Origin: an uncultured delta proteobacterium | GTDB lineage: Bacteria; Desulfobacterota; WTBG01; CAIYCZ01 | Length of the DNA stretch: 42,347 bases | NCBI GenBank assembly: GCA_963803975.1 | Contig: CAWDOY010000021.1 | Coordinates: 1 to 42,347 of the forward strand | Reading direction: 5' to 3' | Part shown: positions 1 through 7,578 of the stretch, piece after piece | Numbering within the stretch: the stretch's first letter is position 1 | Layout: each line of letters starts with the position of its first letter | Made by a program: the position numbers and the translations under genes | Notes under the pieces: model-generated | The model's input: only the letters and a program-made list of their open reading frames with translations | Told to the model about the DNA's origin: nothing | Databases searched by the model: none

Positions 1-492
1 GAAATCATCCAGTATTTCCCGTGCAGTATATTTTTTATGCGCTTCAATATTGGCGTCATTTTCAAACTGCTGCGGCATCCAGGCATGGGGAATGGTTTTC
101 ACCAGTTCGTTTGCTTTTTCGATTGCTCCCTTCATGCCAAACTCCCGCGGGGTAAGCTCAAACGCTGCCCCGTATGCTGACATGAGCTTTCTGCGCTCAA
201 TGGACATTGAATCCGGCATGACCAGTATCAGCCGGTATCTTTTTACCGCGCACACCATGGCAAGCCCTACCCCGGTATTGCCGGAGGTGGGCTCAATGAT
301 GACCGAGTCAGGCTTGAGGATTCCCTTCTTTTCAGCATCCTCTATCATCGACAGCGCAATGCGGTCTTTGATGCTGCCGCCGGGGTTGGCCCGCTCAGCC
401 TTCATCCACACTTCAACCCGGCTGCTGAACAGGCGGTTGATTTTAATGTGCGGCGTGTTGCCAATGGTTTCGAGTACGGTTTGTGCTTTCAT
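1..492 (-). CDS. cysK: Cysteine synthase A (5' part; runs off the window edge)
   Basis: Minus-strand translation from the ATG at 492: [22 protein letters not shown]...[16 protein letters not shown]...[12 protein letters not shown]...[11 protein letters not shown], with the PLP-lysine and TSGNT motifs. Not in the ORF track because it is truncated. Confidence 0.95.
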   Translation of the reverse strand, partial: MKAQTVLETIGNTPHIKINRLFSSRVEVWMKAERANPGGSIKDRIALSMIEDAEKKGILKPDSVIIEPTSGNTGVGLAMVCAVKRYRLILVMPDSMSIERRKLMSAYGAAFELTPREFGMKGAIEKANELVKTIPHAWMPQQFENDANIEAHKKYTAREILDDF

Positions 493-627
493 GGCAGACC
501 TCTCTATGAGTTTATTGCATGTTAATCATTCACTTTAAAACCGACTAAGTATATGATAGTAAATCTTTATGAGCAATTGAAATAGCGCTTGGAGCGCAAG
601 CTTTATATCCTTATTCAGGAGATATAT

Positions 628-837
628 ATGACGACAGACCTCAAGGCATTATCGACCCCGATGGCTATACTGGAAGCAGCGCTCGAAAAGGAAAAAGCCG
701 CGTACCGGTTTTATGACCAGCTGCACAACAATATAAATATTGGCATGCTGCAGGAAATCATTGAGCACCTGCTCGAAGAGGAATATAAACATATCCAGCT
801 GATAGAGAAAAAGATGGCATCCCTGCGCAACGGCTGA
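628..837 (+). CDS. Small rubrerythrin/ferritin-like protein (half di-iron domain)
   Basis: AILEAALEKEKAAYRFY...LLEEEYKH (E...ExxH pattern); AGGAG RBS upstream of ATG 628. Confidence 0.75.
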   Translation: MTTDLKALSTPMAILEAALEKEKAAYRFYDQLHNNINIGMLQEIIEHLLEEEYKHIQLIEKKMASLRNG

Positions 838-927
838 TATATGGATTGTTTGTCTCAGCTGCTTAACTATAGTGCAAAAAAAAGCGCTTCACAATAGAAT
901 GGATAAGAAATTTTCCAGGAGGAAGCA

Positions 928-1479
928 ATGGGAAAAGTAATCGTGCCGCATGCCAATGAGCGGGAGCGGGCAGCATTTGCCAGCGTCAACATCACCCTGC
1001 TTGATACTATTTCTGAAAAAGATTTTCTGAACGTCATCATTTCCTATCTTAACACCCACAATGTCCTGCACCTTGCCACCTGCAAGGACAATGAGCCGCG
1101 CTGCACAGCGCTGGAATATTTCAACAACGGCCTGACCGTATATATTTTCTCCGAGGGCGGCGGCAAAATCGCCAACCTGAAGGCAAACCCGCAGGTCTCC
1201 TACACCATAAACGATCCCTATGCTCCTGAAAAAGACTTCTTCGGCGCTGTTGGCCTGCAGGTGTGGGGCACGGCAACCGTGTTTAAGAAGAGTGAAAATC
1301 CTGAACGCTTCAACGCGATCCGCAGCCATGCCCGCACCACGGAAGAACTGAAACAACAGGGGCTTGATAAGCTGGCGGACGCGGTCAACTTCAACGTCAT
1401 AACCATCGAGCCCACCAAGTTCCGCTACCTCAATTACCGCAAAGGGTTCAGGAATGTGATATGGAAAAAAGGGGAATGA
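928..1479 (+). CDS. Pyridoxamine 5'-phosphate oxidase-like FMN-binding protein
   Basis: LHLATCKDNEPRCT...GGKIANLKANPQVS...GLQVWGTA split-barrel pattern; AGGAGG RBS. Confidence 0.85.
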   Translation: MGKVIVPHANERERAAFASVNITLLDTISEKDFLNVIISYLNTHNVLHLATCKDNEPRCTALEYFNNGLTVYIFSEGGGKIANLKANPQVSYTINDPYAPEKDFFGAVGLQVWGTATVFKKSENPERFNAIRSHARTTEELKQQGLDKLADAVNFNVITIEPTKFRYLNYRKGFRNVIWKKGE

Positions 1480-1513
1480 TACATCGGGATCAGGAAGTGC
1501 TTCAAGAATTTTC

Positions 1514-1564
1514 TGTAGGAGCGCATTTATGCGCGATGGTTTCGCGGCTAAAACCACTCCTACA
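1514..1564. repeat. GTAG-type REP doublet (REPIN-like inverted pair)
   Basis: TGTAGGAGCGCATTTATGCGCGA-TGGTT-TCGCGGCTAAAACCACTCCTACA: two inverted GTAG-palindrome units at the left edge of the AT-rich block. Confidence 0.75.
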
Positions 1565-1746
1565 ACAAAATCCCATGTCTATGTAATAGTCTGAGAGCAA
1601 AATTCTCAGATTTATCTATGTAAGCGCATAATAATCGTGCTACGATAAATTCATTGATTGCAGAGAATAAGATAGTATAACCATAATTAATTTCTTGACT
1701 TGTAATTAAATAAAAGCTAATTGTATTTATAATAATTGAATATGGA

Positions 1747-1852
1747 ATCCGGGTCCAGGAATAGCGATTTATTTCTGGAGGTGAAATAATAAAAACTGAT
1801 AATCGGGCCGTTATCTGCGCTGAAGAAGTGCAGATAGCGGCTTTTTTATTGG
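1747..1852 (+). promoter_or_regulatory. Repeated structured RNA leader/attenuator, copy 1 (subtype A)
   Basis: GGGTCCAGGAATAG..TATTTCTGGAGGTGAAATAATAAAAACTGATAATCGG, then hairpin GCCGTTATCTGCGCT/AGTGCAGATAGCGGC and TTTTTTATT. Recurs at 1923, 2635 and 13218. Confidence 0.8.
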
Positions 1853-1922
1853 ACAACTAAATTCGGGAATTTCTTATTAATCAGTAACCAAATATTAATT
1901 TAAAATACAATTACATAAGAGT

Positions 1923-2027
1923 ATCCGGGTCCAGGAATAGTTCTTAACCCTGGAGGTTAAATAATAAAAACTGATAATCGGGCCGTTATCTGCACACACG
2001 AAGTGCAGGTAGCGGCTTTTTTATTGG
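1923..2027 (+). promoter_or_regulatory. Repeated structured RNA leader/attenuator, copy 2 (subtype B), in tandem with copy 1
   Basis: Same conserved blocks; terminator GCCGTTATCTGCAC/GTGCAGGTAGCGGC + T-run; about 40 nt upstream of the microprotein ATG at 2069. Confidence 0.8.
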
Positions 2028-2068
2028 GGGTTTTATAAGAAATTAACAAGTAAATAGGTCGTGGCCAT

Positions 2069-2193
2069 ATGAAGGTACCTCAGGAATTAGTAGTACTGAT
2101 ATTTGTCGGAGGTCTAATCAGTTTTTTTTAATCGTGATTTTTTCAGGTAGAAAGAAAAAGGATAAAGACTCAGATAAGGAAAATAGCTCATAG
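2069..2193 (+). CDS. 'PQELV' single-TM microprotein, copy 1 (-1 frameshift in a T8 run at ~2122-2129)
   Basis: MKVPQELVVLIFVGGLISFF[fs]LIVIFSGRKKKDKDSDKENSS*. Adding one T restores colinearity with the paralogs at 2783 and 13357. Confidence 0.6.
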
Positions 2194-2268
2194 TGCCCTT
2201 TTGTTTGCAAAACAACAATTACAGTATCAATCATCAATAACTCAACAACAAACTATTTATTAAAGGAG

Positions 2269-2469
2269 TTGAAAATGAATGTTAGCAAAACAGTGAGAGA
2301 GTTGTTGCTCGGTGTGTTGGGTGGAACAGGTTGTATCTCGATACTACTGGGAATACAGGCGCTATCAAATAAGGGTAATTGGATAATCTTCATGGTAGGT
2401 GGTGTGCTTTTACTTGTGGGTGCACTCTTTATTGCTTCTAAATTTAAAGAGCCTGTTAATAGACCGTAA
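2269..2469 (+). CDS. Small two-TM membrane protein ('NKGNW' family)
   Basis: Two hydrophobic helices around a SNKGNW loop; AAGGAG RBS; paralog at 5248-5431. Confidence 0.75.
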   Translation: MKMNVSKTVRELLLGVLGGTGCISILLGIQALSNKGNWIIFMVGGVLLLVGALFIASKFKEPVNRP

Positions 2470-2477
2470 AAAGTGAT

Positions 2478-2615
2478 GCTTGTTGTTTGGTGCTAAATTG
2501 GGGGAACAGCAACGACATAAAGCATAATGCTATATTCGAATTTGCTGAACAATCTCCAGCAGATAAAGCTCCAGAGCATTAAAGAAATGGATGAAAACAA
2601 GTTTTGCTACAGTAA
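2478..2615 (+). pseudogene. C-terminal relic of the PH-like membrane protein family (type A)
   Basis: With frameshifts it reads CCLVLNWG NSNDIKHNAIFEFAEQSPADKA..ALKKWMKTSFA, matching SCLVLNWEHSDKKKHNAVFEFPEQASADTAAQALNKWMK of the 3292-3832 gene. Confidence 0.75.
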
Positions 2616-2634
2616 AATAAAATTACATAAGAGT

Positions 2635-2741
2635 ATCCGGGTCCAGGAATAGTTCTTAATCCTGGAGGTTAAATAATAAAAAGACTGATAATCGGGCCGT
2701 TATCTGCACAGACGAAGTGCAGGTAGCGGCTTTTTTATTGG
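2635..2741 (+). promoter_or_regulatory. Repeated structured RNA leader/attenuator, copy 3 (subtype B)
   Basis: TCCAGGA/TCCTGGA perfect stem, A-rich linker and terminator hairpin + T-run; about 40 nt upstream of ATG 2783. Confidence 0.8.
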
Positions 2742-2782
2742 GGGTTATATAAGAAATTAACCGGGAAATAGGTAGTGGACAT

Positions 2783-2905
2783 ATGAAGATACCTCAGGAA
2801 TTAGTAGCAGTGATATTTGTCGGGGGCATCATTGTCTTTTTTTTGTTTGTGATTTTTTCAGGCAGAAAGAAAAAAAGTAAGAAAAAGACGCATGATAGAG
2901 AATGA
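2783..2905 (+). CDS. 'PQELV' single-TM microprotein, copy 2 (40 aa)
   Basis: MKIPQELVAVIFVGGIIVFFLFVIFSGRKKKSKKKTHDRE*; intact, TM helix plus Lys-rich tail; below the ORF-track size cutoff. Confidence 0.75.
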   Translation: MKIPQELVAVIFVGGIIVFFLFVIFSGRKKKSKKKTHDRE

Positions 2906-2952
2906 AACAAGTCTAACAGTAAATGATTCGTTGCAGGGAAGGGGTAAAGGCC

Positions 2953-3072
2953 ATGGACAGGGATAAAATTATTTTTTACGCAGTGCTTGGTACGGTAGTC
3001 GTTATTGTTTCTATTGTTCGATTTATCGGCTGGAGGAAAGAAAAAAGGGAAGAGAAGGAGAATAAAAAATAG
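2953..3072 (+). CDS. Single-TM microprotein (39 aa) with charged tail
   Basis: MDRDKIIFYAVLGTVVVIVSIVRFIGWRKEKREEKENKK*; purine-rich GAAGGGG RBS upstream. Confidence 0.6.
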   Translation: MDRDKIIFYAVLGTVVVIVSIVRFIGWRKEKREEKENKK

Positions 3073-3291
3073 CACCAAAACGCAGCCTAAAAACAAAGCT
3101 TGCTCCTTAGAACAATATATAAAATATGCAGAATGTCTCAATTAATACTCCGGGGCGGGATAGTGGGGATAGTCTATCTATAGATGGCACACAAAAAAGA
3201 AAATTAGCAGGTGATGATTTTAATGCGGTAACAATTTATAAATTAAAACTAACTAACTCGGCAACTTATATTTACCAGTAAGGAGAAAATT

Positions 3292-3832
3292 ATGTTGCAA
3301 GAATATCCTTGGATTATACCAGTCGTTTTTCTAATCATTGGAGGCGGTGTAACTCTTATATTTCGCCTTTTATAAAGATAAAAAGACCGAGGTTGAAGAA
3401 AAGCCTAAAGAGAAAGAGCTGACAGAAAGATTCTGCATGAGTGGCTATCTGGCTGGATTTCCAAATGCAGCTACCCCTGCTCCCTACGTTTTTTGTGGAG
3501 TGACTGAGGAGTCTTTTCTATTTTCAAAGGGGAGTAGAGGTGTAGAGATAGGCCGGATACAAAGAGATTCAATAAATAATATTATAGTTGTCAACAAATC
3601 TCAGGTCGTCCGGCAATTGACCGCAGAGGAAAAGACATCCTTTGGTAAGCTATTTGAGTCCCCAAAAGACAATAGCAGTTGTTTGGTTTTAAACTGGGAG
3701 CATAGCGATAAGAAAAAACATAATGCTGTATTTGAATTTCCAGAACAAGCCTCAGCAGATACGGCTGCACAGGCATTAAATAAGTGGATGAAACAAAAAC
3801 ACGTAAAAGAAAGCTTTGCTAAAGCCTCATAG
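3292..3832 (+). CDS. N-terminally membrane-anchored protein, PH-like family type A (frameshift at ~3372)
   Basis: AAGGAG RBS, then MLQEYPWIIPVVFLIIGGGVTLIFRL[fs]KDKKTEVEEKPKEKELTERFCMSGYLAGFP..., colinear with the intact paralog at 13567-14082. Confidence 0.75.
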
Positions 3833-3921
3833 CATGGCAAGCATTTCCATTGATTGAGTAACTATTAGTAATGATTTGGGAGGGGGAAGAGGGTTCTATT
3901 TTATAAAGGAGCGACATAAAG

Positions 3922-4491
3922 ATGGAAAGTGGGGAGTATTTTGCCATAGGAACATTCATATGTTTTGGAAGTGTAGTTGTTATACTTGCGATTCTGTCGA
4001 AAATTAAGCCTAAGCAGTCCGCTAAAGAAGTGTCCCATGAACTCCCAAAACCTAAACTACTAAAGAACTTTTACATAGGGGAATACCTCGGCAGTATTCC
4101 AGACGGCAGTAAAACATTTAATATCTCGTATTGTACTGTTGATGGAGACTCTTTTAAGTTTACCGGCGGAATAAGGGGCATTGAATTTGAACGCATACCA
4201 ATGGACAATGTTAATGAAATAATTGTTGAAGATAAATCCTTGATTGCACAGAGAGTCCCTGAAATAGAAAAATCAGCACTTAATAAAATTGTTTCTCCCG
4301 AAACTAAGCAGCGAAAATATTACTGCCTTTTCATTGATTGGAATGACAAAAAGGGGGCAAAACATTATTCCTTTTTTCAGTTCGGTGGCTCTGGAAAGGA
4401 AGGGTTAGCAAACACTGCAGCAAACACTTTAAAGAGATGGGTGTCACGAGAAGAGATAAATGGAGAGAGATTACAGTCCCAAGCTACATAG
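3922..4491 (+). CDS. Membrane-anchored protein, PH-like family type B
   Basis: N-terminal TM, then YLG..P / beta-rich core / CLxIDW...FQF and a C-terminal helix; paralogous to 3292, 4634 and 13567; AAGGAG RBS. Confidence 0.85.
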   Translation: MESGEYFAIGTFICFGSVVVILAILSKIKPKQSAKEVSHELPKPKLLKNFYIGEYLGSIPDGSKTFNISYCTVDGDSFKFTGGIRGIEFERIPMDNVNEIIVEDKSLIAQRVPEIEKSALNKIVSPETKQRKYYCLFIDWNDKKGAKHYSFFQFGGSGKEGLANTAANTLKRWVSREEINGERLQSQAT

Positions 4492-4633
4492 TTTAGTTAA
4501 AAGTTAATAAGCCAGTTAAAGAGGTCTTTATAGTTGTTGATGAAGAAAACGACAAAGGTAAATACTGACAAAGCCTCATAGCAGTCTGCAAATTCATAGA
4601 GTTTAAGATAATATTTACATAAAGGGGGACACC

Positions 4634-5224
4634 ATGGAAAAATATTTTGTCATAGGGTTATTCATTGTTATTGGAGTTGTGGTTGCTGTATTTTCGCTTA
4701 TGTCACGGAAAAAATCTGAGCACCAAGAAAATCAACAAATAAATAAACAGACAACTCACCAGACAAACGAACAACCACAGGCAATCCAGCCTCCCAAAAG
4801 GTTTTTTATGGGCAAATGTCTGGGGGGCATTCCGAATGGTAGTGTAGCCTATGAAGTTGCCTATTGTTCTGTTGATGGGGATACTTTCAAATTTACCAGC
4901 GGTATGCGGGGTATTGAATTTGCATCTATACCACGAGCCAAGATAAATACAATAACTGTTGAAGATAAATCTCTGATTGCCCAGAAATTGAATGACATAG
5001 ATAAGTCCACTCTTGATAAAATTATAAACCCCAGAACTAAACAGAATAAATATTGCTGCTTAGTCATAGATTGGAATGACAAGGATGGGACACGACAATA
5101 TTCCTTTTTTGAGTTTGCAGGCTCTGGGAAGCAGGGGTTAGCAACTGATGCAGCAAATGCATTCAATAGATGGATGTCACGAGAAGATATAAGTGGAGAG
5201 AGATTACAGCCCCAAGCTACATAG
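4634..5224 (+). CDS. Membrane-anchored protein, PH-like family type B, second copy
   Basis: Close paralog of 3922-4491 (YCSVDGDTFKFT.G.RGIEF...VEDKSLIAQ...IDWNDK.G...RWMSREDISGERLQPQAT). Confidence 0.85.
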   Translation: MEKYFVIGLFIVIGVVVAVFSLMSRKKSEHQENQQINKQTTHQTNEQPQAIQPPKRFFMGKCLGGIPNGSVAYEVAYCSVDGDTFKFTSGMRGIEFASIPRAKINTITVEDKSLIAQKLNDIDKSTLDKIINPRTKQNKYCCLVIDWNDKDGTRQYSFFEFAGSGKQGLATDAANAFNRWMSREDISGERLQPQAT

Positions 5225-5247
5225 ATTAATTATTTAAAGAGGTAACC

Positions 5248-5431
5248 ATGAAAGTTAATAAATCAGTAAAAGAAATATCTACGCATAGCTGTCTTGGGTG
5301 GTTCGGGTTTCATCATGTTAATGCTTGGGATAGAAGCGATAGCAAATAAGGGTAACTGGGTAATATTGATGGGATGTAGCGTGCTTCTTATAGCGGGAGC
5401 TATTCTTATTGCCAAAATAATTAAAGTGTAA
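5248..5431 (+). CDS. Two-TM 'NKGNW' family paralog (frameshift at ~5280)
   Basis: MKVNKSVKEI[fs]IAVLGGSGFIMLMLGIEAIANKGNWVILMGCSVLLIAGAILIAKIIKV*, aligns with 2269-2469; GAGG RBS. Confidence 0.65.
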
Positions 5432-5453
5432 GTAATTTCTATTACATGTAGCG

Positions 5454-5496
5454 ATTAACAGAGTGGGTTTCTATAAACCCACTCTGTTAATTTTTC
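5454..5496 (+). terminator. Intrinsic terminator closing the membrane-protein array
   Basis: Perfect 17-bp stem ATTAACAGAGTGGGTTT-CTAT-AAACCCACTCTGTTAAT followed by Ts. Confidence 0.85.
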
Positions 5497-5556
5497 ATAT
5501 AATGAGCAGCCCCTTGTAGCAATCGCATCATTATCTAAAAAACAGAAAGATTAAAA

Positions 5557-5622
5557 ATTTTTCAGTTCGCAGGCTCTGGGAAAGGGTTAGCAAACTCTGC
5601 AGCAAATACATTAAAAAAATGA
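5557..5622 (+). pseudogene. C-terminal relic of the PH-like family type B
   Basis: FFQFAGSGKGLANSAANTLKK* matches FFQFGGSGKEGLANTAANTLKR of the 3922-4491 gene. Confidence 0.7.
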
Positions 5623-5678
5623 TCTGGTTTTTTAGCTATAAATAGGAACTAGGATAAAAAAATATTATTTAACCTCTT

Positions 5679-6917
5679 TCACATGAAAATTGTATGTCCG
5701 CCTTTACCTTTGAGGATGTAAAGAAAAAGGGTAAGATATTCCCGGAGTTGCCTGGTCAGCAGAAAATTCTCCCGGACAAATTCCCGTCCAGTTCTACCCA
5801 TTTCCAACATTTTATCCCTTCGGTGCAACAGATAGCGAATACGGTGCGCGGCACCCTCTGGAGTTTTTACCAAGAAGCCGGTATGATGATTGATTACCTG
5901 TAGTCGTATGCCCCCCACGTCTCCGCCAATCACAGGCTTTCCCTTCCAGAGTCCCTCTGTCACGACAAGGCCAAATCCTTCTTTGGTTGATTTCTGGATA
6001 ATAATATTTGCTAATCGCTGTAAAGCGTTGATGGTCCGGTGTGCGTCCGGGGGAAGAAGCAGGATGTGTATATCGGGATCGTTAGCTGCATTTTCCAACA
6101 CCTCCTCAAGCACCTCCCGGCCTTCCGGGTCGTCAGTTGCTTCACCACCTGCAATGACCAGCTGCACTGGAATCACTTTGCGTACCAGCCGGTATGCCTG
6201 AATAACCCCGACCGGATCCTTAAATCGGTCAAACCGTGAAATCTGAACAATGAGAGGGCGGTTGGGGTCCAGTCCGAATTCCGTCCGGACGGCTTTAAGT
6301 TCCGGTGGTTCCAAGTCACAATTTTTTTCACTTAAAGGATCGATACTTGGGGCAATTATAAATTGAGGATGAGGCAGCACTTGGGCGAACTGACACATGG
6401 AAAAGATGCTTGCATCATATTTTTCCACAAAGGGGCAGAGGGTCTTCCACACCGGGCGAAACGGATGGCTAATATCAATATGTGCTCTCCATATCCATTT
6501 ATTTTTTCGTTTCCGGCAACACTTTAAGAGTGCAGCAGGCTGTGGATCATGAATCACGACAATGTCTGATTCCTCGAGAAGCGGTTGCAGTCTGGTACAA
6601 TTCTGCGAATTTATATCCTGATAGGTATCCCAGTCCTTTTTCTTAAGCATGGCGGGGTGCCCCTGCAGTCCATTGTGAATGGATTTGGTCATCGCAAAAA
6701 AATCATGGGTGCCCTGTATCACCTCCCAATGGGCATCAATACCAAGGTCGCGCATGAGCGGGATCATCCATGCAAGAATCTCGGCAACCCCTCCCCCTTG
6801 TTTGGTGGAATTGATATGTACCACACGGGTACCAGTAAGCCGCTCACCCAGCCTGCGCAACTGTTCAATGATAGGAGCACCAACAATTTCAGCGTAAGGA
6901 TCCAGCGACAGAATCAT
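5679..6917 (-). CDS. treT: Trehalose synthase, GT4 glycosyltransferase (TreT-like)
   Basis: HINSTKQGGGVAEIL, IHDPQP, WRAHID, QISRFDRFKDP, QKSTKEGFGLVVTEGLWKGKPV motifs. Confidence 0.9.
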   Translation of the reverse strand: MILSLDPYAEIVGAPIIEQLRRLGERLTGTRVVHINSTKQGGGVAEILAWMIPLMRDLGIDAHWEVIQGTHDFFAMTKSIHNGLQGHPAMLKKKDWDTYQDINSQNCTRLQPLLEESDIVVIHDPQPAALLKCCRKRKNKWIWRAHIDISHPFRPVWKTLCPFVEKYDASIFSMCQFAQVLPHPQFIIAPSIDPLSEKNCDLEPPELKAVRTEFGLDPNRPLIVQISRFDRFKDPVGVIQAYRLVRKVIPVQLVIAGGEATDDPEGREVLEEVLENAANDPDIHILLLPPDAHRTINALQRLANIIIQKSTKEGFGLVVTEGLWKGKPVIGGDVGGIRLQVINHHTGFLVKTPEGAAHRIRYLLHRRDKMLEMGRTGREFVRENFLLTRQLREYLTLFLYILKGKGGHTIFM

Positions 6918-7567
6918 CCTTTATTCCCTTTCTTTTGCAGAATTTTAGTCAGTTCCTTTCGCAGTTCAGCGAGTGTGTAGAAAGCAAAGTCAATAGAACC
7001 CATAGCCCGGATGTAATGTTCCCACGGTCCCCCCCCATTGATCAGCCATGCTGAAAAATCATCGACACCGAGTGGTGGGCGACGACGCGCTTCCAAAAAA
7101 TGAAAATAGATACTGCCGCTGGTCATTCCGCTTATTGCGGTGGCCAGTTCGTCTGGGTGGCTCATTCTCTGACCGGTATCAAAAACTATAGTCGTTGCCT
7201 CCATGAAATAGAATTCATGCCCCGGATATGCCCACGGCACAAACGGCCGTTCGCTTAATCGTTCCTCAATAATTTCCAGGGTAATAGTCCGGAGATCTTC
7301 AAGCGAGTGGTAGGAATAGGGATCAATTATCCCCAGACGCTCTGCCAGCACTTCATCATTCAGGTGATGTTTTGCCCAGACCGCAAAGTCATTCCGGTAA
7401 TCAGGGTAGTCAAAAACTGGAACAAGGAGTGTTTCGTAAAAATGGTGATATATAACATTGTGGCTGCACACAGCTATCCGGTCGCGCAGTTCCCTTAGGT
7501 TAACAGCGGCAGGCAACCCGCTCATCTGGGTCAAGAGGGTGCAATCTTTAATCTCAAATAATGTCAT
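6914..7567 (-). CDS. DUF5752-family protein (TreT-associated)
   Basis: Internally duplicated IYxHF...NDF/DDF.xW pattern; overlaps the treT start, the usual context for this family. Confidence 0.8.
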   Translation of the reverse strand: MTLFEIKDCTLLTQMSGLPAAVNLRELRDRIAVCSHNVIYHHFYETLLVPVFDYPDYRNDFAVWAKHHLNDEVLAERLGIIDPYSYHSLEDLRTITLEIIEERLSERPFVPWAYPGHEFYFMEATTIVFDTGQRMSHPDELATAISGMTSGSIYFHFLEARRRPPLGVDDFSAWLINGGGPWEHYIRAMGSIDFAFYTLAELRKELTKILQKKGNKG

Positions 7568-7578
7568 CTATAAACCTC

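Noticed and set aside
50..538. 162-aa plus-strand ORF
   Set aside because: Antisense shadow of cysK.
1790..1835. Hammerhead ribozyme (CTGAT..GAA) or a known riboswitch (fluoride, preQ1-I, c-di-GMP, SAM, nhaA-I)
   Set aside because: The core is CUGAUAA, not CUGAnGA, and lacks the GAAA/UH junction. Only short fragments resemble the other consensus motifs as I recall them. An Rfam scan is still needed.
1560..1856. Minus-strand ORFs 1560-1856, 2794-3141 and 13530-13871
   Set aside because: Antisense to the leader or to paralog-supported plus-strand genes; no independent support.
1777..1860. Leader peptide initiated from the GGAGGT inside the repeat
   Set aside because: No ATG/GTG/TTG at suitable spacing is conserved in all copies, and copy 3 has a 2-nt insertion in the putative frame. 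GGAGG is better explained as the 3' arm of P1.
1747..2741. Repeats as a CRISPR array or integron attC sites
   Set aside because: Units are about 105 nt, irregularly spaced and lie upstream of genes. There are no cas or intI genes and no RYYYAAC...GTTRRRY bounded palindrome.
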